Shown one piece after another: positions 12,481-24,300 of a DNA stretch of 64,000 nt. Below the pieces are notes generated by a model that was not told the origin of the DNA, did not search any database, and saw nothing but the letters and a program-made list of their open reading frames with translations. Position 1 is the first letter of the stretch. Each line of letters opens with the position of its first letter. Location: assembly GCF_009914755.1 (NCBI RefSeq), contig NC_060928.1, one strand, 5' to 3'. Source of the DNA: the human T2T-CHM13v2.0 reference genome, Homo sapiens. The position numbers were made by a program, and so were the translations under genes.

Positions 12481-14097
12481 AATGCCAAAGATAAAAAAAT
12501 CATTTAGTGAGAATTAGGACAATTGACAATATATGAGTTATTATCCCCTGAAAAATTTTAAAAATAAAGATACTGCTTTCATCACACACAAAAAGAAAAC
12601 TTTAAAATAAAAATTTTAGAGAAAAAAATAGTCAGAAATAAAAGTTTAATTGGAACTGTATTATCTAAGGTAAAGTAGTTAATACAATAAAAGCATAAAT
12701 GTATAATGCCCAAAACATGATATATGTTTATTTATCACTCTATTTAATGTATCACATAGGTGTTCCCAAAATATAAGTAGCTTTATTTCATGCATGAAAT
12801 TTTACATAGGTAAAATTAACATTTGAGGAAGAAAAAAGAGATTTCATAAGGATAAATGCAAGCCTTAATACATTTGAATAAAGTAAAACAGTACAATATG
12901 TATATATGTACATATATTATATACAATTATGTAAGCTATATATTATACAAATATAAGTGAGACATAAACTAATACTCAAATATTATACTCTATAATATAA
13001 GCTATATATAATATATAAATATAAGCAATGTATATCTATAGTAAATACATTAGATTTAGCTTTTTAAAATGAAAAGTTATATAATTAGATCATCTAATTA
13101 TAAAAAAAATTAAAAATGTACGAAAGATACAGATAAAGAAGAAATTTTAAAAAATTACAAATAACTACTTACTGATCTTCATAAAAATAGATTTAGGAAT
13201 ATGCACCAAATGGATAATTTTCTAGAAAAAAATTGACCAAAGCTGATTTCAAAATAGTTGGAAAATCTATATAATGTAATTATAATGAGACTTAGAAAAT
13301 ATAAAGGAACTACCCATTGTATATGTACAAGGCCAGTGCTACCACATATTGAATGAAAAGGTAACTTCAATTCTGTTAACAATATTCCAGAGACTATTAG
13401 AAATGTTATGATACAAGAATAGCTTTGATTCTCAACACCCTGAAAAAAAAAATAATAATTGTACATACGAATGACATTTAAATTAGGCTAAATGTAGTAT
13501 TAGCAAATCAAATTCAATAGCACATTTAATGAATAATGTATTAATACCTCATGGCAAATTATGGCATGAATCAGTATCAGGAAATTATAAATAAAAGTTA
13601 TATCAATATACTTCAGAATAAAAAAGTACAGGATCATAGTATATTGGCAATAAGAAGCCATGTTTAAAAACAAAATATCTATGCTTGATGTAGACTCAAA
13701 ATGCAAAAAATTGAGAAGTCTTTTCTATTACATGGTAAAATATATATCCATCTTCAAACCAGCATCCACACTTAGTAGGTAAACACTACTACTATTTTGA
13801 CTAGAGTAATTTATTCGGACTTAAAAAGAAAAACAAATTCTGGCTATAAAATTAGGAAACTAAAGCATGAATAATTATCTTTTGAAAATCATATAAACAA
13901 TAGAAATTGCAATAATTGTAACATAAATCGATCACCAGTAAGAGTTTAGAAAAGTTTAGAAAAATTTTCAATAGCTTACATCAAGAAAATATAATAGAAG
14001 AAAACAATACATCTATAGCAATAAAAATATTTAAATTGTTTATGGATAACTTAGTAACAAATGTACAAGATCTAAATAAAGAATGATGAAAAACACT

Positions 14098-14400
14098 CCA
14101 GGCACAGTAGCTCACACCTGTAATCCTAGCACTTTGGGAAGCCGAGGTGGGTGGATCACCTGAGGTCAGGAGTTTGAGATCAGCCTGGCCAACATGGTGA
14201 AACCCTGACTCTACTAAAAATACAAAAAATTAGCCGGTTGTGATGGCAGACGCCTGTAATGCCAGCTACACGGGAGGCTGAGGCAAGAGAATCGCTTGAA
14301 CCTGGGAGCTGGAAGTTGCAGTGATCCAAGGTCGTGCCATTGCAATCCAGCCTGGGCAACAAGACCCAAACTCTGTAAAAAAGTAAAAAAGAAAGAAAAA
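14098..14400 (+). mobile_element. AluSq/Sp-like, full length
   Basis: Dimeric Alu with GGGCAACAAGA. TSD GAAAAAC(A/T)CT. Confidence 0.93.
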
Positions 14401-15164
14401 CTCTCCTTAGGAGTACAAAATACTGATACACATTTAAAAATTATGCAACAATCTTGTCCCAATATTTTAAAAAGGTTACTTTTGTACAAATTAATCTGTA
14501 ATTTGAAACATTTTTTAAAACTCTCAGAAATGTTAAATGAGACTATTTCTGGAATATGTCAAATAATGATTAAAGTGCACTTAGAATCCAAAAACACACA
14601 AGCCAATACATTCCAAACCTGTCTATTTAAAAATATAAAAATGATAATTTATGTGTTGCTCTTACTAGGATTAAGGAAAAAATCAACATTAGGAATCACA
14701 CAGAAGACATAATTTTAAAAAATCCAGTGGAAAAATATAATTTTATATATACTTCCACAATCCCACATTTGAAAACTTAAGAGAAATCACTTGATTTTTA
14801 TCAAAATAAAAATTACAGAAATAGACCCAAGAAAAAGACCATTTTGACATGGCAGATATTGAAATGAACACTAGAGCTAAATAAAGTCACATGTATATTT
14901 TCAATTAGGTTTTAGGGACCTCATAATTCCATTTGTAGTTTAAATCATTTCAAGCCACAGAAAAAGATAGGTAACTCCCCATTTTATTTTAGACATTTAA
15001 CTATCATGAAAAAAAGAAACTTACAGGCCAAATGCAATAGTAAATATGATGCCACAGCTCTAAATAAAATAGGAGAAAATGGACAGTCCAGACATGAAAT
15101 TCGCAAATGACAAACATAAATTGGATATTTAATGTGATAGCACACACTTGTGATAACACACACA

Positions 15165-15379
15165 CCACCTCCAGGATTCAAGCGATTATCCTGACTCAGC
15201 CTTCGGAGTAGCTGAGATTACAGGCACCCGACACTATGCACAGCTAATTTTTTGTATTTTTAGTAGAGATGACGTTTCACCATGTTGGCCAGGCAGGTCT
15301 TAAACTCCTGACCTCGTGATTCGACTGTCCTGGCATCCCAAAGTGCTGGGATTACAGGCCTGAGCCACCGCGCCTGGCC
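15165..15379 (-). mobile_element. AluS (Sg-like) lacking its 3' ~70 nt and poly(A)
   Basis: Antisense Alu from CCACCTCC to GCCTGGCC. Abrupt left junction into CA-rich sequence. Confidence 0.9.
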
Positions 15380-15848
15380 TAAAATTACTTCTTTATTCTG
15401 TGTGTTGGTATTTATATAATTTCCAGGTTAATTAAAGATTTGGTTAGCTACATAGTTTAAACCTCAGTGAAATATATCCTTTTTCTGGAATAACATAAAT
15501 GACAGAATTTGGTAAATTAAGAATAGCAACTCAGACAAATATTAATCAATAAGTAATAGTAATGGAAATAGACAGGGATCCTCTAAATATATTGAAAAAA
15601 AGAGTTAAACAAAATTGTGAATATTATCCCTATTAAAGCAATTGTCCAGACAGCTTCAGGGTACTTTCAGTTTAAAGGATGAGAAAATGTTTTTTTTTTA
15701 CTTTATGAAGAAACCTGGGGAATAGAAAAATAAAATAATTTTATGAGCTCTACTTAATTTTGATAGCCTAATTTTGTAGCTTTTGTAGGTAGGTATATAC
15801 AGATACATATTTTTATACATAATATATATTAGATATATACCGGTGTGT

Positions 15849-16360
15849 ATATATATATATAATATATAAAATATTATATATATATAATATATAAAATATT
15901 ATATATATATAATATATAAAATATTATATATATAATATATAAAATATTATATATATATAATATATAAAATATTATATATATATAATATATAAAATATTAT
16001 ATATATATAATATATAAAATATTATATATATAATATATAAAATATTATATATATAATATATAAAATATTATATATATAATATATAAAATATTATATATAT
16101 AATATATAAAATATTATATATATAATATATAAAATATTATATATATAATATATAAAATATTATATATATAATATATAAAATATTATATATATAATATATA
16201 AAATATTATATATATATAATATATAAAATATTATATATATAATATATAAAATATTATATATATAATATATAAAATATTATATATATAATATATAAAATAT
16301 TATATATATATAATATATAAAATATTATATATATATAATATATAAAATAATATATATATA
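15849..16360. repeat. Pure-AT minisatellite, about 21 copies of a 23/25-bp unit AATATATAAAATATTATATATAT(AT)
   Basis: Units counted by eye. No G or C across about 510 bp. Confidence 0.95.
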
Positions 16361-16440
16361 CACATACCGGTGTATATAGTATATATACATACGGGTATAT
16401 ATAGTATATATACATACCGATATATATACATTATATATAA

Positions 16441-16650
16441 TATATATTACATACAGGTATATATATTATATATGATATATATTACATACAGGTATATATA
16501 TTATATATGATATATATTACATACAGGTATTTATATTATATATGACATATATTACATACAGGTATTTATATTATATATGAGATATATTATATATAGGTAT
16601 ATATATTATATATGAGATATATTATATATAGGTATATATAATATATGATG
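16441..16650. repeat. 35-bp AT-rich minisatellite (TATATATTACATACAGGTATATATATTATATATGA), about 6 copies
   Basis: Units start at 16441, 16476, 16511, 16546, 16581 and 16616, degenerating progressively. Confidence 0.9.
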
Positions 16651-16789
16651 TATTATATATAGATATATATTATATATACATAATATATATATGATATATA
16701 TTATATAGGTATATTATATATGGTATATATTATATATAGGTATATAATATATATTAACACCAGTTAATATATAGGTACATATATTATAT

Positions 16790-17382
16790 ATAGGTATATA
16801 TACACATATACATGTTACATATATAGATATTATACATGTTATATGTATATGTTACATGTATATGTTATATATAACATGTATGTGTTATATATACATATAT
16901 GTTAACATATATGTATATATACATGTATACATGTATACATATATACAGGTATATACATGTATACGTATATACATGTATATGCATATACATGTATATACCT
17001 GTATATATGTATACATGTATATATACATATATGCATATACGTATACGTATATATGCATATACGTGTACATGTATATATGTATATACGTATACATGTATAT
17101 ATGCATATACGTATACTTGTATATATACATATACGTATACATGTATATATACATATATACATATATGTTAATTACATATATGTTAACATATATAACATGT
17201 ATATGTAACATGTACATGTAATACATGTTATACATGTAATGTGTATACATGTATGCATGTTATACATGTAATACATGTATGCATGTTATACGTGTATACA
17301 TGTAACATGTTATACGTGTATACATGTAACATGTTATACGTGTATACATGTAACATGTATACATGTTACATATATACACACA
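16790..17382. repeat. Alternating purine-pyrimidine low-complexity tract (ATACATGTAT-type)
   Basis: Directly visible. Source of the spurious Y/M/I/H/C-rich ORFs in the track. Confidence 0.92.
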
Positions 17383-17726
17383 TCTTTTAGTGTGTTTCAG
17401 TTTTTATAGGTTAAACTATCAAAATTACACATATATATTTGTTTTCTCATGTTCATCTGTACTGGAATATAAACAGTAGAAATAAATAAAATCCAACATA
17501 TAATTAAGGCAAATATGTGTCTGAAGAATACAAGGATTATTTTTAATAAAAAAATAAATGAATAAAATCCATTCAATTATCAGTTAATAAGAGTTATGGG
17601 AGTCTCATTAATTAAAACATGTTTTAATAAAACAACATTTAGAATGCAGAAAAACGGAATCACTCTTAAATTGCTGATGAGAATGTAAGTGGTATAGCTG
17701 GTATAGTCACTCTGTAAAACAGTCTG

Positions 17727-18029
17727 GGCCGGGCGTAGTGGTTCACGCCTGTAATCCCAGCACTTTGGGAGGCCAAGGCGGAAGGATTACGAGGTCAGGG
17801 GACCGAGACCAGCCTGGCTAACACAGTGAAACCCCGTCTCTACTAAAAATACAAAAAAAAAAAATTAGCCAGGCGTGGTGGCAGGCGCCTGTAGTCCCAG
17901 CTACTCAGGAGGCTGAGACAGGAGAATGGCGTGAATCCGGGAGGCGGAGCTTACAGTGAGTGGAGATCCTGCCACTGCACTCCAGCCTAGGAGAGGGAGC
18001 CAGACTCCATCTCAAAAAAAAAAAAAAAA
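17727..18029 (+). mobile_element. AluY, full length
   Basis: AluY diagnostics (CTGGCTAACAC, GAATGGCGTGAA, GGAGCTT), A tail, TSD AAA(A/G)CAGTCTG. Confidence 0.93.
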
Positions 18030-18704
18030 GCAGTCTGGCAGTGACTTATAAAGGTAAAGATGCAACTATCCTATGGTATAGCAATTGCATTGCTGGACAT
18101 TCATCCCAGATAAATGAAAATGTATGTTCTCACACATTCCTGTACACAAATATTAATAGCAATCTTATTTCAAATAAAAAACTGGGAGCAGCCCAGCAGA
18201 TGTTTTTTGATAGGTGAATGTTTAAGCAAATTGTGGTACATATATAACATGAAAACCTATTTACCAATAAAACTAAACAGACCATTAATACAGTTTTATC
18301 CACAGAATTACATACAAATGTTGTTTTATTCATAGAAATTATGATTAACTTTAAAAAAGCCAAACACAAAAGTTTATATGCTATATGATTTGAATCATAT
18401 GACATTTTGAGATGGTAAAATTTTAGGAATGGATAACAGATTAATGGTTACTAGAGGATGGGCGAAGGAGGTAGAGAATGAGGTAGGTGTGGTTATAAAA
18501 TTGCAACACAAGAGGAATCCTTACGGTGATAAAATTGTCCTGGTATGATGTCTGTGGTGGTGGACACGTTAACAGACACAGACAATATAGAACTAAATAC
18601 ATATACATACAAAACCCCATACACAAATATGTACAAGAACAATTGGGGAAGTCTGAATAAAAGTTGTGTATTTTGTCATAGTTATTATCCTGGTTATGCT
18701 AACA

Positions 18705-19391
18705 CAGTTAAGTCTTCACTTAACATCATTGATAGGTACTTGGAAAGTGCAACTTTAAGTGAAAGAACATAAAACCAATGTTATTAGGTTGATGCGAAAG
18801 TAATGGTGGATTTTGCAATTACTTTTATGGCAAAAACTGCAATTACTTTTGCACCAGCCTTTAGTATCATAGGCTAATTGACATAAATAAAAGTTAAGTT
18901 TTTGTGGCATATTTCTAGTCATAAAAATACCATCAAACTTCTAAATAAAGACCAAAACGTTTCTAACATTAAACATTGCAATAAATGTGAGCCATAATAT
19001 ACATATATTTTAGAAAGATTACTAAAACAAATGAGATAATTATTTAGCCACTTATGCTAGCTCAGGGCCACAGGTGGGCAGAGACTCTCCTGGAAGCTCC
19101 GGATACAGAGCAGGCAGCCGCCCTGGGCAGGACACCATCCCATCGCAGGGCACACTTACATACACCCACCTCACTCAGACTGGGACCATGTGGACACACC
19201 AGTTAACTTAACAGGCACATCTTTGGGATGTGGGAGAAAACCAGAGTGCCCTGAGAAAACCCACACAGACACAGTGAGCACATGCAAGCTCCACAAAGAC
19301 AGTAACCCGGGCCAACAATGAATTATTTCTTTCTCATCAAAGTTATAATGAAAGAATTTTGAACAAAACGATGTTATACTGGGACCTGCTG
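18705..19391 (-). mobile_element. MER6A (TcMar-Tigger DNA transposon)
   Basis: Termini CAGTTAAGTCTTC.. / ..GGACCTGCTG. Characteristic CACATCTTTGGGATGTGGGAGAAAACCAGAG..GAGAAAACCCACACAGACA segment. Confidence 0.85.
18784..18862. mobile_element. MADE1 (Hsmar1-derived ~80-bp palindromic MITE) nested in MER6A
   Basis: TTAGGTTGATGCGAAAGTAAT...ATTACTTTTGCACCAGCCT inverted arms, preceded by TA. Confidence 0.93.
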
Positions 19392-20052
19392 TTTTCCATA
19401 ATTCTGCAAAATATTACTATTGTGGGAAACTGGGTAAAGTGTACATGGGAATTATCTTTGTTATTTCTATAAGTACAGGTGAATCTACAATTATACAATG
19501 ATTTTTAATTAAAATACTTTAATAGATAAATAATTGAAGAACGTTTAGTTTGCATGTCAAACAACATAGTCCTTAATTGTGAAATTCTTGAGATATTTCC
19601 ACTTAACAAAAAAAATTGTAGTATATTTTTGAAATTGTTCAGAAACTTCTAGCCAGATAAGTATTTTAGAAATAGCTGAATTATTAAAAACAATAAAACA
19701 ACAATTTTTAACAAATGCCTCGCTTTTCTGCAAAGAAAACATAAGAAATTTCAATGGCAAATGAATGCATACAGAATGGTAAATCAATGTATAATAAGGG
19801 AAAATAATTTCTTTAAATAGGTAAAATTTTTTAATTTCCAAGTAGGAAAATATTTTTTGAAATAGCACTAATGTTCATATGTGCACAGACATATGGGGAT
19901 TCTCAAACAATTTTAGTGTATGTGGATGTTTACATTAAGCAAACATTTTAAGAGATTATTGAACAAAATGTGTAAAAAGACTTTTCAATATATCAAAACC
20001 CTTTAGGCCAAGATTTTTCCAGGATTGACAGAATAAATGTTACATAGGCTGG

Positions 20053-20092
20053 TGTGTGTGTGTGTGCATGTGTGTGTGTGTGAGAGAGAGAG
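20053..20092. repeat. Compound (TG)n(AG)n microsatellite
   Basis: Directly visible. Confidence 0.9.
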
Positions 20093-20109
20093 AAATACAT
20101 ATAATTCAA

Positions 20110-20348
20110 TTCAATATATGCTGGGCAATGTACTACAAGTTTTAAGAATATAAACTTACAGAATCCTTGTAACAAGCACATGAAGTCATTGTTATCAATT
20201 CCATTTTACCTAATAGAAGACTCTCCTTCTATTGCAAGAGGGATGTTAAGTAACTTTCCCAGGATCATCCAAATTGTTATTTGTTAACGTTAGAATTAGA
20301 ATCCAGGTAGTTTGACACCAAATATCTGTGTTTTTGATAACTATGATA
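20110..20348 (-). mobile_element. MIR
   Basis: CCATTTTAC..GTTAAGTAACTTTCCCAGGATCA..AGAATTAGAATCCAGGTAGTTTGACACCA. Confidence 0.75.
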
Positions 20349-20644
20349 GACTTAGAATGTAATAAAATATTTTTGTGCTAGCATTCTTTTGATGGTTAAA
20401 TAAAAGCTAAAATCTATTGAAAGATATGATTCTACATAAGGTCATATTTTTAAAAATTATTATAGGAAAATAGATATAAGTGAAAAGTAGAATCAAATAA
20501 TATATATATTTATCTTGACTTTATAAAATATTAATAAAGACATAGGTAAAAGAGTGCAATTAAATGAGCCACTACTTACTACAATGATTCCGTTAGGTGT
20601 AACCAGCACTTAATTCTGAGAGGTACAATTTTTGAAATTACTCC

Positions 20645-20938
20645 TTTTTTTTTTTTTTTTTTTGAGACAGTCTCACTCTGTCACCCCGGAGTGCAGTAGC
20701 ATGATCTCAGCTCACTGTAACCTCCACCTCTGGGGTTCAGGCTGTTATCCTGTCTCAGCCTCTTGAGTAGCTGAAATTACAGGCACCCACCATTATGCCC
20801 AGATAATATTTTGTATTTTTAGTAGACATGAGGTTTCACCATGTTGGCCAGGTTGGTCTCGAACTCCTGACCTCGTGATTCGTCCGCTCTGGCCTCCCGA
20901 AGTGCTGGGATTACAGGCGTGAGCCACCGCACTTGGCC
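20645..20938 (-). mobile_element. AluS (Sg-like), full length
   Basis: Poly(T), antisense dimer, TSD TGAAA(T/C)TACT(C/T)C. Confidence 0.93.
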
Positions 20939-21277
20939 TGAAACTACTTCTTTATTTTCTGTATTTGACATTATTGTCCAAAAGATTTCAACAAATGTGT
21001 ATTACATTTTTAGTCAAATAACTAAAAACACTTTGGAAATTATATCATATGAATTATTTTACCTAGTAGAAGAACTGTCTGAACCCTGCATGTCTGAAAT
21101 AAATGTACTTGTTCAAGTCCATGCTGCTAACAAAAAGAAATACAGTTGTTATTTCAATACGGGTCTTAGAATATCCAAGTACATTTTGTTGTAGTTCCTG
21201 GTAAAATTTATTTTTCAACTATGTCTAATTTATGACAGTTGCTTGATCTGCCACGTAAAAATACTGATGAGGCACAT

Positions 21278-21385
21278 CGCCCCATGACTCAATTATCTTC
21301 ACCTGGTCACTCCCATAACATGTGGGGATTGTGGGAACTACAATTCAAGATGAGATTTGAGTGGGGACACAGCCAAATCGTATCG
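21278..21385 (-). mobile_element. THE1 LTR fragment (terminal ~105 bp only)
   Basis: CCCCATGACTCAATTATC..GGGAACTACAATTCAAGATGAGATTTGAGTGGGGACACAGCCAAA. Confidence 0.88.
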
Positions 21386-24300
21386 GGAAAAATGAAGATA
21401 TCCTAGGAATGTTGACATTTTATCAAATAGCCAACACTGCATCTTTCCTGGAAAGAAATACCTAGCAAAGGGAATGACTATTGATAAGAGACTGAAAGGA
21501 ATTTTATACTTTTCTATAGCCACTCTTCTTTAAAAATACATCTGCATGTGGTAAATAGTAGTGGGATTTTTTTCTTGCAAATTGATTTTCTTTTATAATA
21601 TTACTGTTTTACTTTTTTAAAGTAATATTTGTTAGCCTTAGTATGAACTTTAAAACGTGTCTTTTTATTACATCAGCTTGACTTGGTGATTTTGGCCTAA
21701 TTTCTCAAATTTAATTGAAGATGGGGAAAAAACCTAAATAGTGTGCTTTATTTCCTTAAGAAGATGTTTTATTAATTCAATTTATTATTACTTTTTTTTG
21801 GTTGTGGGCATGTTATAAAATATTCTTATTGTGAAAATTTTAATTTTTTTCACAATTTTTGTTACCTTCCTTTAGCAAGTTTGGTGGATTATCACAAGAG
21901 AACAACAATTTATATTTCATTGTAGTGATTCATTGCTATTCCCCTCCACGGGCTATTTCAAACTGATTTGTATATTCTCATGCTATGTAAGCCAAAACTA
22001 GCACAAAGTTTATATCTGTGACATTACCAAATAAGGAAAAAAGGAATCAATAGAAAAAAAAAATGATGCCCTCTGTAAGAAACAAGCACTCACAAGCGGT
22101 AATATCTACAAAGAAATTATAACCTTCTGTTAGTAAACTATACATTAGAAATCACCATCATTGATATTTCCTGAGCATTATTATGTGATTAGAGGTATAG
22201 AAACTAAATAAAAGGATTTGTCTACTTTCTTGTTTGTTTTGTTTGGCTTCTAGGAAAGGTATTTTAGGATTTTATTGTTTGAAAATTTAATATATTTTAG
22301 GTATGGTATAAGAGGAAGAGATTTTAATTGCTTAACCATATTGAATCATCTCTGAGTGCAGTTTTCTTCATCTGCCCTATCAAAAAAATTTTTTTGAGGA
22401 TCAAGTTACATAATATCTATAAAAGTGCTGTCATAATTGTACCACTTGGCGTTTATATGCTGTTAAGCTGTGTTTAGTAAACTTGCTAAATAAATTTAGA
22501 GTTTAAAAGTTTCAAATATAAAACCTCTAGACTAATCTATAAAGAATTATATCCTTATATATTTTAAAGTCTTTATTGTATCACTTACAGAGAATGTTCT
22601 CTGGGATGAGCATAAGTTAGCTCTCTTGCTTCTGACTTCTTTCAAAAAGCTTATTTTTCCCTCCGTGGCACTTAATGAATGCCACTAGCACTACGCTGAT
22701 CAAAAGAAGGCAGGCTTCCTGTCCATTCTTTTTCTTGCATGATGGAAAATTATAATTGAATGAATGAATAAAAGTTCCTTTGTAAAATAATAGAGCTGAA
22801 CTATATCCCAGTCTTACAGAGCATTTTCTAGCAAAAGGTTGATGTTAAGAGAAATGAAACAATTCCTAGGATTGGTGTAAATTCAGCAAGTCTGGCTTTC
22901 ACGTTCTTGGTTTAGTACTTTCCATGGTTCCATCATCATGGGAGTAATTCACTCTTAGCTTCAAACTCCTGTGCATGAGAAACACCGTTATGATACTAGT
23001 AACTAAGTAAACACTTCCATAGCAACTACTCAAATTCAAATCTTGGAAGGAGAAGGCAAGAATAGAAAGGGGTAGGGGGAGACTCGCTTTTCTTGTGTAT
23101 GACTGGCCTCACAAGCATAATGCAAGCTTGTGTATTGTACGCCCTAGGCTTGACATCAGCCTGTGCTTAAACTCTGCCTCCCTACATGGCTGTATCCTTA
23201 TTCATCTAGAACCTTTGTAAAACGAGTTCTTTGAACTCACTCCAACACTTCACAGTCTGAATCATTTTCTCTAGGCTATGCATGAAGTTCAAATGAATTA
23301 CACCACCTTTTGAATGAAAGTTTTAAAAGTAAAAAAGCTCAAATGATTAGATATTTAAAAATAAAAAATTTGACATGGTCCCATTCACCCAGCCCTCTTT
23401 CCTTTAACAAGAACCTAAAATGAAACCAAATAGTCATGTCATTCTAGCTCAAAATCTTTACTCATACCATCAGCCTGTCCTGTAACATTTATATAATTGA
23501 TGAATGACAGAAATTTATGATTCACAACTCAATGATGTAGTAAAATAATTAATAGACTCTAAGGTTAAAATTAGACTTTTCTTCAGGACATGATAGTAAT
23601 CTACGTAAAAGCGGCTTCTATGGTGCAAAGTAGAAATTAACATAAATCTTCAGAATTTTTTCAGAAACTTTGGCCTCTATGATGTTTAGATGAGAAAATC
23701 TTTGAATAGTGAACTGTTCAACTCTTTTTCAGAAACACCAGAATTAGCAAACTAGAACTCACACTATTTGGATTTATATCCCTAATCTTTTTCCCTTTGG
23801 CTGGCTTTATGAGACATCCTATACTCAAAGACATACATTGTGATCACCAAACTTTGTCCTCAGATGCCATCTAGTCTAAAACTTTTCGGCCAGTGTTTCT
23901 TCAGTTTGACTAAAACTGCTTTTATTAGTCAAAGATGAACCTTCTTTGAGTTGCATCAGGTATAACAGCATCCCAATAATCCTTCCTCAGTGATTCATGG
24001 GTCAAAAATTTGTTATGAACTTCCCCACTTTCATTCAAGCATTTTAAGCAAGATTAAGCTTCTTTAGCTATATCTGTACTAATGCCATGCATTTGAAAGA
24101 ATAGACTATATTCTACTTTCTCTTGTCCATAGTCATAATCTTATTAGAACACATATTCAGCAAGAGGGTTGTGCAAGCTAATTATTCTTTTTCAATTAAC
24201 TAAGGCTTTGTTTTGGATTATAGGTATTTCAAAGTTATTACTTACTTTGTTTAAGAATAGCTTAAAACAAACAAAATTCATATTCTTTCTCAAACAAATA

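Larger units (their letters stand above)
13100..15780 (+). mobile_element. Fragmented ancient L1M(E) ORF2 relics, interrupted by Alus
   Basis: A-rich degenerate ORF2 motifs (AAATGGATAATTTTCTAGAAAAA, ATTAGCAAATCAAATTCAATAGCAC, GAAACTTACAGGCCAA). Confidence 0.55.
17640..19515 (+). mobile_element. L1MD/L1MC-type 3' end, interrupted by AluY and MER6A
   Basis: ATTGCTGATGAGAATGTAA..AAATGAAAATGTATGTTCTCACA..GAGGAATCCTT. Resumes after 19391 with GGGAAACTGGGTAAAG..GTGAATCTACAATTAT. Confidence 0.8.

Noticed and set aside
14180-14712. ORFs of 83-138 aa (likewise 29432, 31334, 33005)
   Set aside because: Typical Alu-derived translations ([15 protein letters not shown] motifs).
14098-15379. Inverted Alu pair about 770 bp apart as an editing substrate
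   Set aside because: Very common genome-wide, and there is no evidence the region is transcribed.
15849-16360. Regular 23-25-bp periodicity as a possible CRISPR-like array
   Set aside because: Head-to-tail tandem units with no unique spacers, human context, no cas genes.
16856-17250. Five overlapping 83-121 aa ORFs rich in Y/M/I/H/C
   Set aside because: Translation of an alternating purine-pyrimidine repeat, which cannot contain stop codons. Not coding evidence.
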